NCBI RefSeq assembly: GCF_000150275.1
Contig: NW_002060994.1
Span: forward strand, 3,718 to 45,087
DNA from: Trichoplax adhaerens
Taxonomy: Eukaryota > Animalia > Placozoa
Length of the DNA: 41,370 nt
Direction of reading: 5' to 3'
Shown here piece by piece: positions 26,601-37,549 of this stretch (within the stretch, counting starts at the first letter, position 1; each line of letters opens with the position of its first letter). The notes under the pieces are model-generated. The model saw only the letters and a program-made list of their open reading frames with translations. It was not told the DNA's origin and did no database searches. The translations under genes were made by a program, and so were the position numbers.

Positions 26601-27422
26601 ATGGAGTCTTTAGTGCACCAGTTGCGTGCTGCTGTGAAGTTATGTCTAGGACACGATTTTTGTCGCATTGATGGAAAAGATGAACGTTTCTGGTTGGATT
26701 TACACCTTAAAGTTACTAACAGTGTGTTACGCCAAAGAGAGAAAGACGAATATTATTGGCAAGGGCTACATAAGCTAGTTAACGAGATGAAGAATTATAA
26801 AGTAGACGAGAAAATGATGCATTTAAAAGAGGAAGAAATGGATCCTAACAAGTTTTCTGATCAACATTTAAATTTGAATGAGAAAGATTCATATATTTAT
26901 CAGCATTACCGTTGTTTAGTTGATCAGGTTTTGCAAATTATGATGGATGAGTCCAATAGAACTTATCACTTTTACCGATTCGGATCGCTTCAGCTTTTGC
27001 GTGTGTTTTCTTCAAGAGATGTACCGTATGAATTAGTTATAGAACCTATTGGTTTCGGACTATTAGACGCTATTGATCGCCCATCTTATTTGGTAAAATC
27101 ATTTTATAAGATTACGGGCTTTACACTTGACTTATTCTCTATACATTATAAGAAAGATTGTACGAATTGCTTTACCAATCTTAATTTGCAAAACTGTGAA
27201 CTGAAACCATTTTCAAGTCCTGAAGAAATAATTCACTTACAGAAATTTGGTGAATACTGTAAAATCTTAATTACCGATGGTCATATCGCAGCTTTATACT
27301 TGATAGTTTACTTTTATGACCGTTACTATTTCATGTCGAACTTTCGTTACTGTATCGGAACAAAAGCGATCATCGTTAAACCAGATTTATTAGATGATTT
27401 TGTAATTGGAGAGCATCGATAA
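26601..27422 (+). CDS. Uncharacterised intronless protein (273 aa), paralogue B
   Basis: Full-length collinear protein similarity to 23844-24593, with an extra ~20-aa acidic insertion. Both frames are intact despite strong divergence. Confidence 0.85.
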   Translation: MESLVHQLRAAVKLCLGHDFCRIDGKDERFWLDLHLKVTNSVLRQREKDEYYWQGLHKLVNEMKNYKVDEKMMHLKEEEMDPNKFSDQHLNLNEKDSYIYQHYRCLVDQVLQIMMDESNRTYHFYRFGSLQLLRVFSSRDVPYELVIEPIGFGLLDAIDRPSYLVKSFYKITGFTLDLFSIHYKKDCTNCFTNLNLQNCELKPFSSPEEIIHLQKFGEYCKILITDGHIAALYLIVYFYDRYYFMSNFRYCIGTKAIIVKPDLLDDFVIGEHR

Positions 27423-28016
27423 ATGATGAAGTATCTATGTAATCATATGAAAAGCAATGAAGATTTTATCGTTGATTTTGCAACTTAATAGTGTGACATT
27501 GTTCGGGATTAATTCGATTTAGTACAGAAGTTTAAGAATATAAATGCATTTGCGCGAATCTTTTACAATTAAATTTTATTGACAGGTTAGTTTTGCTCAT
27601 CCTTTAATGCAAAGTTGATTGAAATGTTATCATCGCTCGCTTGCGCACTTTAGATTTATGTTATGTTAGCGACTGTACATTAGTGACATGGTTCTAAAAC
27701 TATTAGATATTGCTTAAGTAGTCAGAGAAATGTGTACCATCACAAATTAACAAATAATCCTAAAGGAATAAATTATAGCCGTCATCGGTACAGAAAAGGA
27801 TAAATATATAAAGCGGCTTTATTCTTTTATAATAAACCTCAATCTTATTAATCTGAGAGAAATGATGGCGTCACTGACTCAACATTATTCCACACTGAAT
27901 TTTATAAATATCTAGAGTCTACATTATAATGGTTTAATCGCTTACGATATATCAAGCCTTATAATTATATCTCATAATAAACGTTATACGCGTATACAGT
28001 AAAAGATGTACAGTAC

Positions 28017-28296
28017 GCCACCGAGTCGACCACGCTGGAGAAACATTACAGGTGCAAGATGGTAGAAGGTGTATAAACTAGCACATTTATAGTACATTAC
28101 TATATAGCATTTGATGCGCTTCATAACTTTCCCGAATTCGAGCACGTTATGCGGTATGTACGTACAGGAATGTAATCATGTTTGTTTAACTACAAATTAC
28201 GTTTCATGCTCATCGAAGATACGTTGTGTATAGCCTTTAATGCATTGCATAGATTCTTCGAATTCAGCTTCACCAATTGCAACAAATTCAAGGAAG
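28017..28296 (-). pseudogene. Two phase-compatible exon-like segments of an unidentified gene (possibly a decayed spliced transposase)
   Basis: Exons 28201-28296 and 28017-28077 with AG/GT ends splice to FLEFVAIGEAEFEESMQCIKGYTQRIFDEHETLYTFYHLAPVMFLQRGRLGG. Further exon-like pieces with stops extend to ~29370. Confidence 0.3.
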
Positions 28297-29374
28297 CTGT
28301 GAAACGTATAAACGCATAGTAACACAGCACAGTAATATCTTAAGATTGTTAACGCGAATAGTCTTATGCCTAGCATATGCACGTGCAATGCATGAATTTG
28401 TGTCAATCCTTACATTGTAGTGTTTTTTTGACTTAAAATGCGGAATATGTTTCATGCTCATTTAAGTTATGTTGTGCGGTGTTTTAGTAAGTTAGTAGTA
28501 AATGCACGCAAGATTAAGTTACGCTGTGATCCCACGATGTACGTATACGTGCTGAAACGAAGTTAATGTTGCTATTATACACTACGGTATTTGTTCAAGC
28601 ATTTTTGTTACTATTTTGCAATATACTGGGTAACTACTTCAAGTACTCAGAAAAGAGGGGCTGCACATGGTCGTAAGCTGCCGAAAGTGTGCAGGCCGAC
28701 TCTTTCTTGTAACCATTTTACTATATCCTATGAATATAAAATAATCATTAATGTACACGACGTCTATGATCGAATCTCACTGTTATTTATTAAGTTAATA
28801 AATACTTAAAAATTAACATGGCAGACAGAATTATGGTGAGCAAAGATCCTTGATACTAGGTAACAGGCTATTAATAATCTTAACCCTATTGTAAAATTCA
28901 TTATATAAAGTAAGAGAACATCTGATAGACTGGTGTAGTGATATTGCCGATGTGTAATGCGAATCTGCAAGAACAGAATAAATCTTCACAACGTTTGGCG
29001 TTCCATAAAAATTCGTTTATCATATATACAGTACTGTACTGTGCAGTACCTAGATACTGGCATCATAGTCATAGCTTGTAATATTATTATTGTAAGCCCT
29101 GGTCAAAGCGACATTATCAAGAACCTCTTCTCTAGGGGAATTGATTTCTTGAGAGATTTAATACGACACTGAAGGAGGTGTTTAAGAAGTTTGTAAACGA
29201 AAGACCTAGACAATTGCTATGTCTATCTGCAGTACTTACCTTTTCCGGTAAGAGAAATTCCCCATAAAACAACTGATGTGGCCTTTATTCGATATGCTGG
29301 ATGGATGGAAGGTTCGAGGGCCTTTGGACTAACGGCACACAAAAATTAACGTTACTTGAGACGCTACGATCGCC

Positions 29375-31090
29375 CATCGGTTGTTGTAGTAGTAGAAAGA
29401 AGGGTTTGGAAAAAATCTAATTGAACCTATTAGATTATGGCTTATAGATGTAATTAGTATTAAAAAATTGTTATTGGTTGTGTTTTCATTGTAGAAAATA
29501 AAAGTAACCTTTGTAAGGTTTAGTACAGAAGATAATTTATAAGGTTTAGTATGGAAACAATTTATAAGGTTTCGTATGGAAAATAATTTATAAGGTTTAC
29601 TATAGAATGTTTTCTATTAGGTTTAGTATAGAAATACTTTACAGCGCCGTACTTTATAAGGTTTAGTACGAAAAACAAATTATTAGATTTAGTATAGAAA
29701 ATAGATTATAAGATTTAGGGAAATAGTATGGGCAGTAATTTATAATGTTTAAGGTTTATTATGGAAAGTATTTATAAGGTTTAGTATGGAAAATAGTTTA
29801 TAATGCTTAGTATAGAATATATACCGCCGTACCACCCTATAATCGCTGCTGAATTTATATCTTGCAAACGTCGGTAGTGTGTCGGTAACACATCGGTCGC
29901 AGTAGTAGTAGAAACAAGGGTTTCTGTAAAATGCAATGAAACCTGTTAGATTATAGCTTATAGATGTGATTATTATAAAAGAAGTTTTAATTACTTGTGT
30001 TTTAATAGTTGAAATTAATAATAATGTTTGTAATGTTTAGTATGAAAAATAATTTATAAGATTTAGTATAGGAGGTAATTTATAAGGTTTAGTATAGAAA
30101 ATAATTTATAAGGTTTAGTATGGAAAATAGTTTACAAGGCTTAGTGCAGAATATATAATTTATAAGGTTTAGTACGGTGTACTGTACTGTACACTGTACA
30201 GTACGGTATAGCAAAAAAGATATATAACGTTTAGTATAGAAAATAATGTTATATGGCTTAGTATGGAAAATAATTGATAAGGTTTAGTATTGAAAATAAT
30301 TGATAAGGTTTAGTATAGAAAATAATTGATAGTGTTTAGTATAGAATGTATTCTATAAGGTTTAGTATGGAAAATAATATATGGTTAGAGGTTTCAAATG
30401 GAAAATAATTTATAAGATTTAGTATGGAAAATGATTTATAAGGCTAAGTACAGAATGTATATTATAAGGTTTAGTATAGAAAATATTTTAAAAGGTTTGG
30501 TTTATATTAGTAGGGAAAATAATTTATTTAAAATGTTGGTGCCGAATGTATTTTATAAGGTTTAGTATAGAAAATAATATACGAGGTTTAATTTAATATA
30601 GAAAAGTTTTATAAGGTTTAGTATGGAAAATAATTTATAAGGTTTAGTATGAAGAATAATATATCCTCGAGGTTTCGTATCGAAAATAATTTATAGTCTT
30701 TAGTATGGAAAATAATCTATAAGGTTTAGTATGGAGAATAATATAAGATTTAGTATAAAATGTATTTTATAAGGTTTAGTATGAAAAATAATGGGTAAGG
30801 TTTAGCGTGAAGAATAAATTGTAAGGCTTAGTATAGAAAATAATTAATTTATATGGTTTAGTATAAGATGTATTTACAAGGTTTAGTACTGTATAGAAAA
30901 TTAGAGAGATTAATCTGTATAAATTTTATTTTTTATTAAAGAAAATATTTTATAAGGCTTGGTATGGCAGATATCTATAAGGTTTAGTATGCAAAGTCAT
31001 TTATAAGGTTTAGTACGCAAAATAATTTATAAGGTTTAGTATACAGCAGAATGTACAGTATATTATAAGGTTTAGTATTAAAAATAATTT
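29375..31090. repeat. Composite tandem repeat: ~140-bp head + array of ~26-bp units, present twice
   Basis: Unit consensus TTTATAAGGTTTAGTATRGAAAATAA, arrays at ~29510-29820 and ~30026-31090. The heads starting CATCGGT at 29375 and 29891 are clearly homologous (GTAGTAGTAGAAA...TTAGATTATrGCTTATAGATGT). Confidence 0.92.
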
Positions 31091-32430
31091 CGTAAAGTGA
31101 TTCTGATGCACCAATGTGAAACGATAGTTTCCGTCAGGATTAGACTGAAAATCAATTAATTCAACCTATAAATAATATGATATAAAGTAAAATCTATCGT
31201 AAAAATCGTATATGATTACAAAATAAATTGCAGGTACTTCATATGGCTAATAAAATGATATCTAATATCGGTCGCTAAAATTGTCTGTAATTGTCGATCT
31301 AATTGCTATATTGCGTCTTGAAATTGCCTTTTTAGCATTTCAAGCAAAGCCACAGGAAAATAGATATCATTTCCCTAGTAACATTAAGAAATAATTTTCA
31401 TAAATCAGTTTGCATTACATTTCTATCGTGTGATATTTCATTATGGGCTTTCACCAAGGCATCATGTAATTCGTTGTTGCGAAGATATGTAAGGCTAGTA
31501 GCTCTCTTTATTAGACAAAACTCACCTGGTAGAGTTCTCAAGTCATACTTGCCAGTAATTTGTAGTCGATCTTTTCCTCTTTTATTCCTGAATTTAAGAG
31601 TTTCAACCTTTGCTAATTATCTGGCTATACCGATCATCAGTAAAATAGCCAGACGAAACCAAGTATTTCTTCGCTAGTACTTTGTTAAAGCTTACTCGAA
31701 TTTGATACGAATATTTAGCAATCCCTTATGTTAATATCTTGTGATATTATACTGTAGGTATATTTAATTGCATTGATATTCATAACCTAAACAAACATCA
31801 TATTTATATATCAATGGCTATATGCTATATATTTGTAATTATCATAATATTTTAGCATGAATTATTGAATTTGTTCACAAATACATTTAAATTTTTTGGT
31901 ATATAGTATCATAGAAATATTTCTATAAGAAGCAATATGCAAATATAAATTGTAATTTCTATCGTAGTAACCGAAATATCCTCAATAAAACTTATCGTAC
32001 AGGAACTATAATTGTATACAAACAAACAACGTATAGTAAAGGTGTATTATATAACTTTTTATAAATTATATAATAGACAAATTTCTGTTGCTAATAAAAC
32101 ATTTTATCGTAACGATTATCACGTATATAATACATTGTTCCAATTTATAGGTGGAAAATTAGTAAAATTGATCCAAATAGAATATTAAAAATCAGGAAAT
32201 TTCATTTGACTAATATCAATTTGGTATCCTTAAGAGTTAAAATTTACGATAGAGCTATCCACAATAAGTCAATCGCAAGATTACTGTACACTATATCTAT
32301 AAAAATTGTTATTTTAAAATAAAGATAATAGAAACATTATTAAAAGATAAATTAATTCTTTATAAACTTTCTTACATCTAATTTACTACAAATTAACGAT
32401 ACACATAATAATACCACGCGTAATAAAGCT

Positions 32431-32700
32431 CAGCTTTAGAAATAGCCACCACTTCTGGGTATCTTGTAACACAATCCATCACAGTCAAGATATTCTCCTT
32501 CCCATATCTGGTCCTCTGAATTTTTATTTTTAGCATCCTTTAATAATGTCTTAAATTTTTCTTCTTTTTTTCATTTTTCCGATGGTGCTTTGGTAATATC
32601 CAACATTTTTCAACCTGATTAATTCCAAGACTTTCCTCTACAGTTATCAATATTTCGCATACAAGCACTTCGTTTGGCATTATCGATTTGCAAAAGCTAA
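32431..32700 (-). mobile_element. Inverted partial copy of the Gypsy pol fragment found at 36063-36218
   Basis: The reverse complement of 32431-32584 matches 36063-36218 (...GGATGCTAAA.ATAAAAATTCAGAGG...TATCTTGACTGTGATGGATT.TGTT.CAAGATACCCA.AAGTGGTGGCTATTTCTAAAGCTG). Confidence 0.85.
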
Positions 32701-33267
32701 ACGGAATTCCGTGACTCTGAAATTGATCAGGAAATCTGAGTTACTTAAAATTAGTTTAAAATAAATATCACTTCCAAGAAAATTTATTGAGTAGTCAAAT
32801 TAACGGCAGCATATTTGGCACTCATTACATTACCCTGTTTAGCCGTGCATCAACTGCGCTTATGAGAAGAACTGTTATTGTAAATAGTAATCAGAAGTTT
32901 TCAACTGCTATGTACCACATAAGCATAGAAACATAATTTCAGTAATATTTCTGTATTCAAAAATTACAGTCTTAGCAAATGAATTATCTTGGAAGTCACG
33001 TTTCCTTAATAATAATTTTTTCACTTAGCTTAACAGTTTAACGTAAAGGTAATGGAATTCCGTTGGCATGAACTTCAAATCAAATTTAAATGTTTAAATT
33101 TGTGATTTTTATGCAATTTTTGATTCTGATTTGTAGCGATCAATCAGATAATGCTAGAGAGAACATAAGATTAAAGGATTCGCATTTTTAACTTTATCAT
33201 AAGATGACATGATTTTGATTTAAAATCGCAGGACCCGATTTACTGGAATCTGGCAGAAATAAGTTAC

Positions 33268-33641
33268 TGATAATAAGATCTATTGTTTACATGAGAATAT
33301 GAAGACAGTTAGACCGGTCTTCAAATGAATAGCGTGCGATAAAATTTCAGATTAAGTTGATTTTAAAAAGCCTTACAACAAAGAATTTTTTAGTTCCTTT
33401 ATATTTGTTGTAAACAGTAAACTTTTCATCCGTAAGATTTCATTTTCGAAAATTGATAATAAAATCTATTGTTTACATGAAAATATGAAGACAGTTAGAT
33501 GCGTCTACAAATGAACAGCTTGCGATAAAATTACAGATTAAGTTGATTTAAAAAAGCTTTACAACAAAGAATTTTTTAGTTCGTTTATATTTGTTGTAAA
33601 CAGTAAACTTTTCATCCGTATTATTGCATTTTCGAAAATTG
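33268..33641 (+). repeat. Tandem duplication of ~186 bp immediately upstream of the Tc1 transposase
   Basis: Copies start at 33268 and 33454 (TGATAATAA.ATCTATTGTTTACATGA.AATATGAAGACAGTTAGA...CATTTTCGAAAATTG). Confidence 0.92.
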
Positions 33642-33660
33642 TTACCTTTATATTTTACAA

Positions 33661-34794
33661 TTTGGAAAAAGAAAGATCTGAATGCAAAGCACAAATTATG
33701 GCCTTCTCTAAAGCAAACTGGACATAACATAGAATTGCCGACAAACATAAGATTTCTGTGCCATCAGTAAAATGAGTTATGGTATCGTACCGTGAGAATG
33801 GGACCTGGAATATCACAAAAAGAGGAAACTGTGATGGAATAAGGAAGACTACAGCAAGAGACGACAGAATAATAATCAACGCCGTCAAAACAGACCCATT
33901 TATAAACAGTAAGGAAGTAGCCGGCATGGTAGCAGAGATGATTTCTCGTAGAAGCGATGCTTCTATGGTCAGGCGTCAATTAATTGGAAAAAAACTTAAA
34001 GCGAGGCATCAAGAGGTCAAGCCATTGCTAACGGAAGCCGCAATTTATAAAAGGGTCCGATGGTGTGAGGCTTGTAAAGATCTTGAAGAAGAATATTGGA
34101 AAAAAGTATTAATTAGCGATGAAAGTTGATTCCTACAATTTAGATTTATAGGCAAATACTAGAATTATGGTAAACAGTGGAGAAATATTAACTTTAAACC
34201 TTACCTTTAATGTTATGAATCAGCCTTCTGGAGAATCTAGCTTGAATATTATTTTAAAATTTATTTTTTAGGCCAGTATGTAAGGCGCCCGCGGTACCTC
34301 CGCTATTATCCTTATTATACCAGAAAATCGGTGCGCCATTCTCCATCCTTTATGGTATGGGGGTTCTTCTATGCCGCAGGAGTGGGATGTTTGTTCTTTC
34401 TCCCTAAGGGAATAAATATAAAGAAAAGGAATTATAAAGACCTTTTGGATATAGTTTTCCTCGAGGAAATGGGATAGCTAGACTGTGGCACTTTCATGTA
34501 CGACGGTGCGCTAGTCCACAAGGCGAGCTTGGTGTCCCAATGGATTTCGGACAAAAGGGTTAAGGTATGCCCTAGACAGGCAACTCGCCTGACCTTAACC
34601 CGATTGAAAATTAATGGAAAATGCTGAAATGCAGAGTGGCCATGAGAAGGCCTAAATCTTGAATTCGGTTAAAGGCGATAAAACAAAGTGTTTGGAATTA
34701 ACTTAGCATAGAGTACTGTAACACATTAGTAAGCAGTCTGCCAATAAAACCTCAACAAGTAATTTCACATAAAGGAATGCATACAAAATATTAA
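33661..34794 (+). mobile_element. Decayed Tc1-family (DD34E) transposase with an apparent intron at 34152-34271
   Basis: HTH region (RIADKHKISVPSVK, RKTTARDDRIII), KPLLT, WKKVLISDES, YVRRP, FMVWGFF, FMYDGALVH, NSPDLNPIEN*W, C-terminal KGMHTKY*. D-to-E spacing is 34 after correcting one frameshift; there are several stops. Confidence 0.93.
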
Positions 34795-36062
34795 TGAGAT
34801 GCTTTAGTGGATAGTTTTATTTAACCTTTTTAAGGTTTTCTGATTTATGTAAAGTAACTTTATCTGTTGCTATCGCATATGGTTATTGCTAGCTTCATAT
34901 ATATTACTTTAAGGCTTCTTTTACAAGATCTATCTTGTATTTAAAGTCATGTGTAGTTTATGTTCTATCGTGAAGAATTAATGTTTTCAATGGCATATTA
35001 AAATTTTTTATATTTATTTAATGATTCTCATTCTGAAATAGCTTACATTTCATTTTCAGATATGTCATATTTCTTTTGTTACTATCTCCAATAATGAGCT
35101 TTTATATAAAGCCAGCGATTCTAANCAGTGTAAACCTCAAATAGCATCACGTCCTCACATAAACAAAATGTTATTCATTTTCTAAACTCATGTTCTGGAA
35201 AGCCATGTATTGTAGGATGTAATAGGCAAAACAGTTCTTTAATTATTACAGTATTCACAATTGACTTTTTAGGTGAACGAAATTGGAGCACAGTAAAGAG
35301 AGACTAATCAGTTTGCAGATTTTCTAGTTAATTTACAAATTGAATATATATCATTCTGTATATAGTGAGTTAAAATTTTAACCGAACACTCACTTTCATC
35401 TAATCTATACTATTATGCAGTGCTGTTATAAGTATCTTTTAAATGCAGCAAATAACAAGGTAGCTAGGCAACTGTACGACTATAGAATAATATCAATAAA
35501 TACTGGTGGATATCAATTTAAAAGAACTTGAAGTCTTACCAATAACGTACAGCATATAGAGAACAGCTGATAACTCAAGCATGCCATAAATATTGCAATA
35601 ATAATAAGTATGCTGTATCACGTAACTGAATTACGTTAATACACAGTATTCCTTGTAACAGCTTCTTATAATAACAACAAGCATATAGAAACTTAATTTT
35701 GCGTATTATTCGAATGTAAGTAAAATTTGAGCTCAAAAATTGTGTTATTAACAGTAAATTAAAATACTTAGAGCTCATAGCTTGTAAAACAGGTTGAGAA
35801 TGTAGAACTGTAGACATTTGATATACTACGTACTGTTGGAATAATTATTTAAAATTAATCATTACAACGCTCTTTAACTTTGCATAAACTAAATATTACA
35901 TTTACCGAATTAGATTTGAGAATCTAATATCTCTAATAATAAAATGTTACAGACAGTAAATCGTCAGTATGTCTAAAATGGTATTGTGACGAGTGATTAA
36001 TCAACAGCAGATGCTATAGCGATGATTAAGGTTAACTACAGCACTATGTGGTCTTGAATGAA

Positions 36063-37540
36063 CATCGGCAAAATGATAAAAAATGAAGAAAAATTTAAAA
36101 CGTTATTTGAGGATGCTAAAGATAAAAATTCAGAGGGCCAAATATGGAAAGGAATATATCTTGACTGTGATGGATTATGTTTCAAGATACCCAAAAGTGG
36201 TGGCTATTTCTAAAGCTGGTGCTGAACATGTAGCTAAGTAATTAAAATTTAATTTTTATAAAGGACGATGACATCTAAAGAAATATCATCAGATTAAGGA
36301 ACAGAATTTGAAAACAAAGCCATTAAAGAACTCTGCAAAATATTAAACACTAGAATATTTTGTTTATCTTCACAGCACCCAAAAGATAATGGACTTACTG
36401 AACGTTTCAATAGAATTTTAAAGTAAACATTCAGAAATTTGTCTTGAGAAACTCAAGCAGCAGGATTAGCAGCTCCCGTGTTTATTATTTGCTTTTAGAG
36501 AATTTTTACATAAAACTATAGGCCTTACTTCATTTGATTTATTACATAAATGGAAGATACGAGGGCCTTTAAATATTCTCAAGGAACAGTAGAGTGATGA
36601 TAAAGAGAATCCCGCTGGAATTGAAGCATCTGAATTAGCAGGTAAAAGATGAGATTATGTAGAATAATTGAAAAAAGCTGTGTGCACTCCCGGAGGCCAA
36701 GCTAAGAAATATAAAGAATATTTTGATCGCAAGACGCAGCAGAGGTAGCTGAAAGTGGAAAATATAGTATTATTCTTTTCTTCAATAAGAAAATAGAAAT
36801 TGAATTTATAGTATGAAGAATGTCATGAATTATTCGGAAAATTTTTATGGACCTTATATAGAATCAAAACGAAATATATAACGTTAAAGTCCACTCGTAT
36901 AGTATGTACAAATTCAGTGGAGCAGCATAAAGGTATTGAAGATCGTAGAAATTTACGTGTAACAGCCAAAAAAATGAACCGAATGAAGTATATTATTTAC
37001 ATAAATTAAGATCAGGACCTAGTAAACTTGCAAAGAAACGAAATAGGTGAATATATCAAACTATAAGGCGATTCTCAGATGAACTTACAACGTAGCTAGA
37101 AATAGCTGACCCAGTAAAGCATGAAATAAGAATAAATCAGCAGACACAAATTAAACAGGGTAGTATTCAATTTCCTTTGCAAAAGTAAATTTTTGCAAGA
37201 GGCGATTAGGAAGATGGAGAATCAGAATTATAAGAAGAGCTCATAGTCACCATCCTCAGTAATACTCGTTAATAAACTAAATGGTTTCTATTGATCTTGC
37301 ATTGATTTACGCATAATTAATGTTAAATCTGAGATGGATACATATCCCTACCTCGAATTGACGAAACTTTGGTAACCTGGATAAGACAAGAATATGTAGC
37401 TATGGTGGATCTGGCAAAAGGATATCGACAAATGCCCTTATAACAAGATAGTAAAATCATACAACAATTAGTACGCCAAGTGTCTACATGATTTTAATGG
37501 CATGCCTTTCGGACTAGTTACTGCTCCAGTTGCTTTATGG
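36063..37540 (+). mobile_element. Decayed Ty3/Gypsy LTR-retrotransposon pol fragment, integrase upstream of RT (Gmr1-like order)
   Basis: Integrase core EYILTVMDYVSRYP...SD*GTEF...HPKDNGLTERFNRILK...LPCLLFAFRE...IRGPLNILKE (~36140-36600) and post-core YKEYFDRK. Then RT N-half HEIRIN...CIDLRIIN...DTYP/LPRIDE...DLAKGYRQMPL...MPFGLVTAP (~37100-37530). Confidence 0.9.
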
Positions 37541-37549
37541 GGTTACATT

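Noticed and set aside
29510-31090. CRISPR-like appearance of regularly spaced repeats
   Set aside because: Units are contiguous degenerate tandem copies without unique spacers, there are no cas genes, and the context is eukaryotic.
29510-31090. Telomere-like GGTTTAG core
   Set aside because: There are no tandem TTAGGG/TTTAGGG runs; the core is embedded in a 26-bp AT-rich unit.
33548-33979. Minus-strand ORFs, including a hydrophobic 90-aa one
   Set aside because: Antisense shadows of the Tc1 transposase and the upstream duplication.
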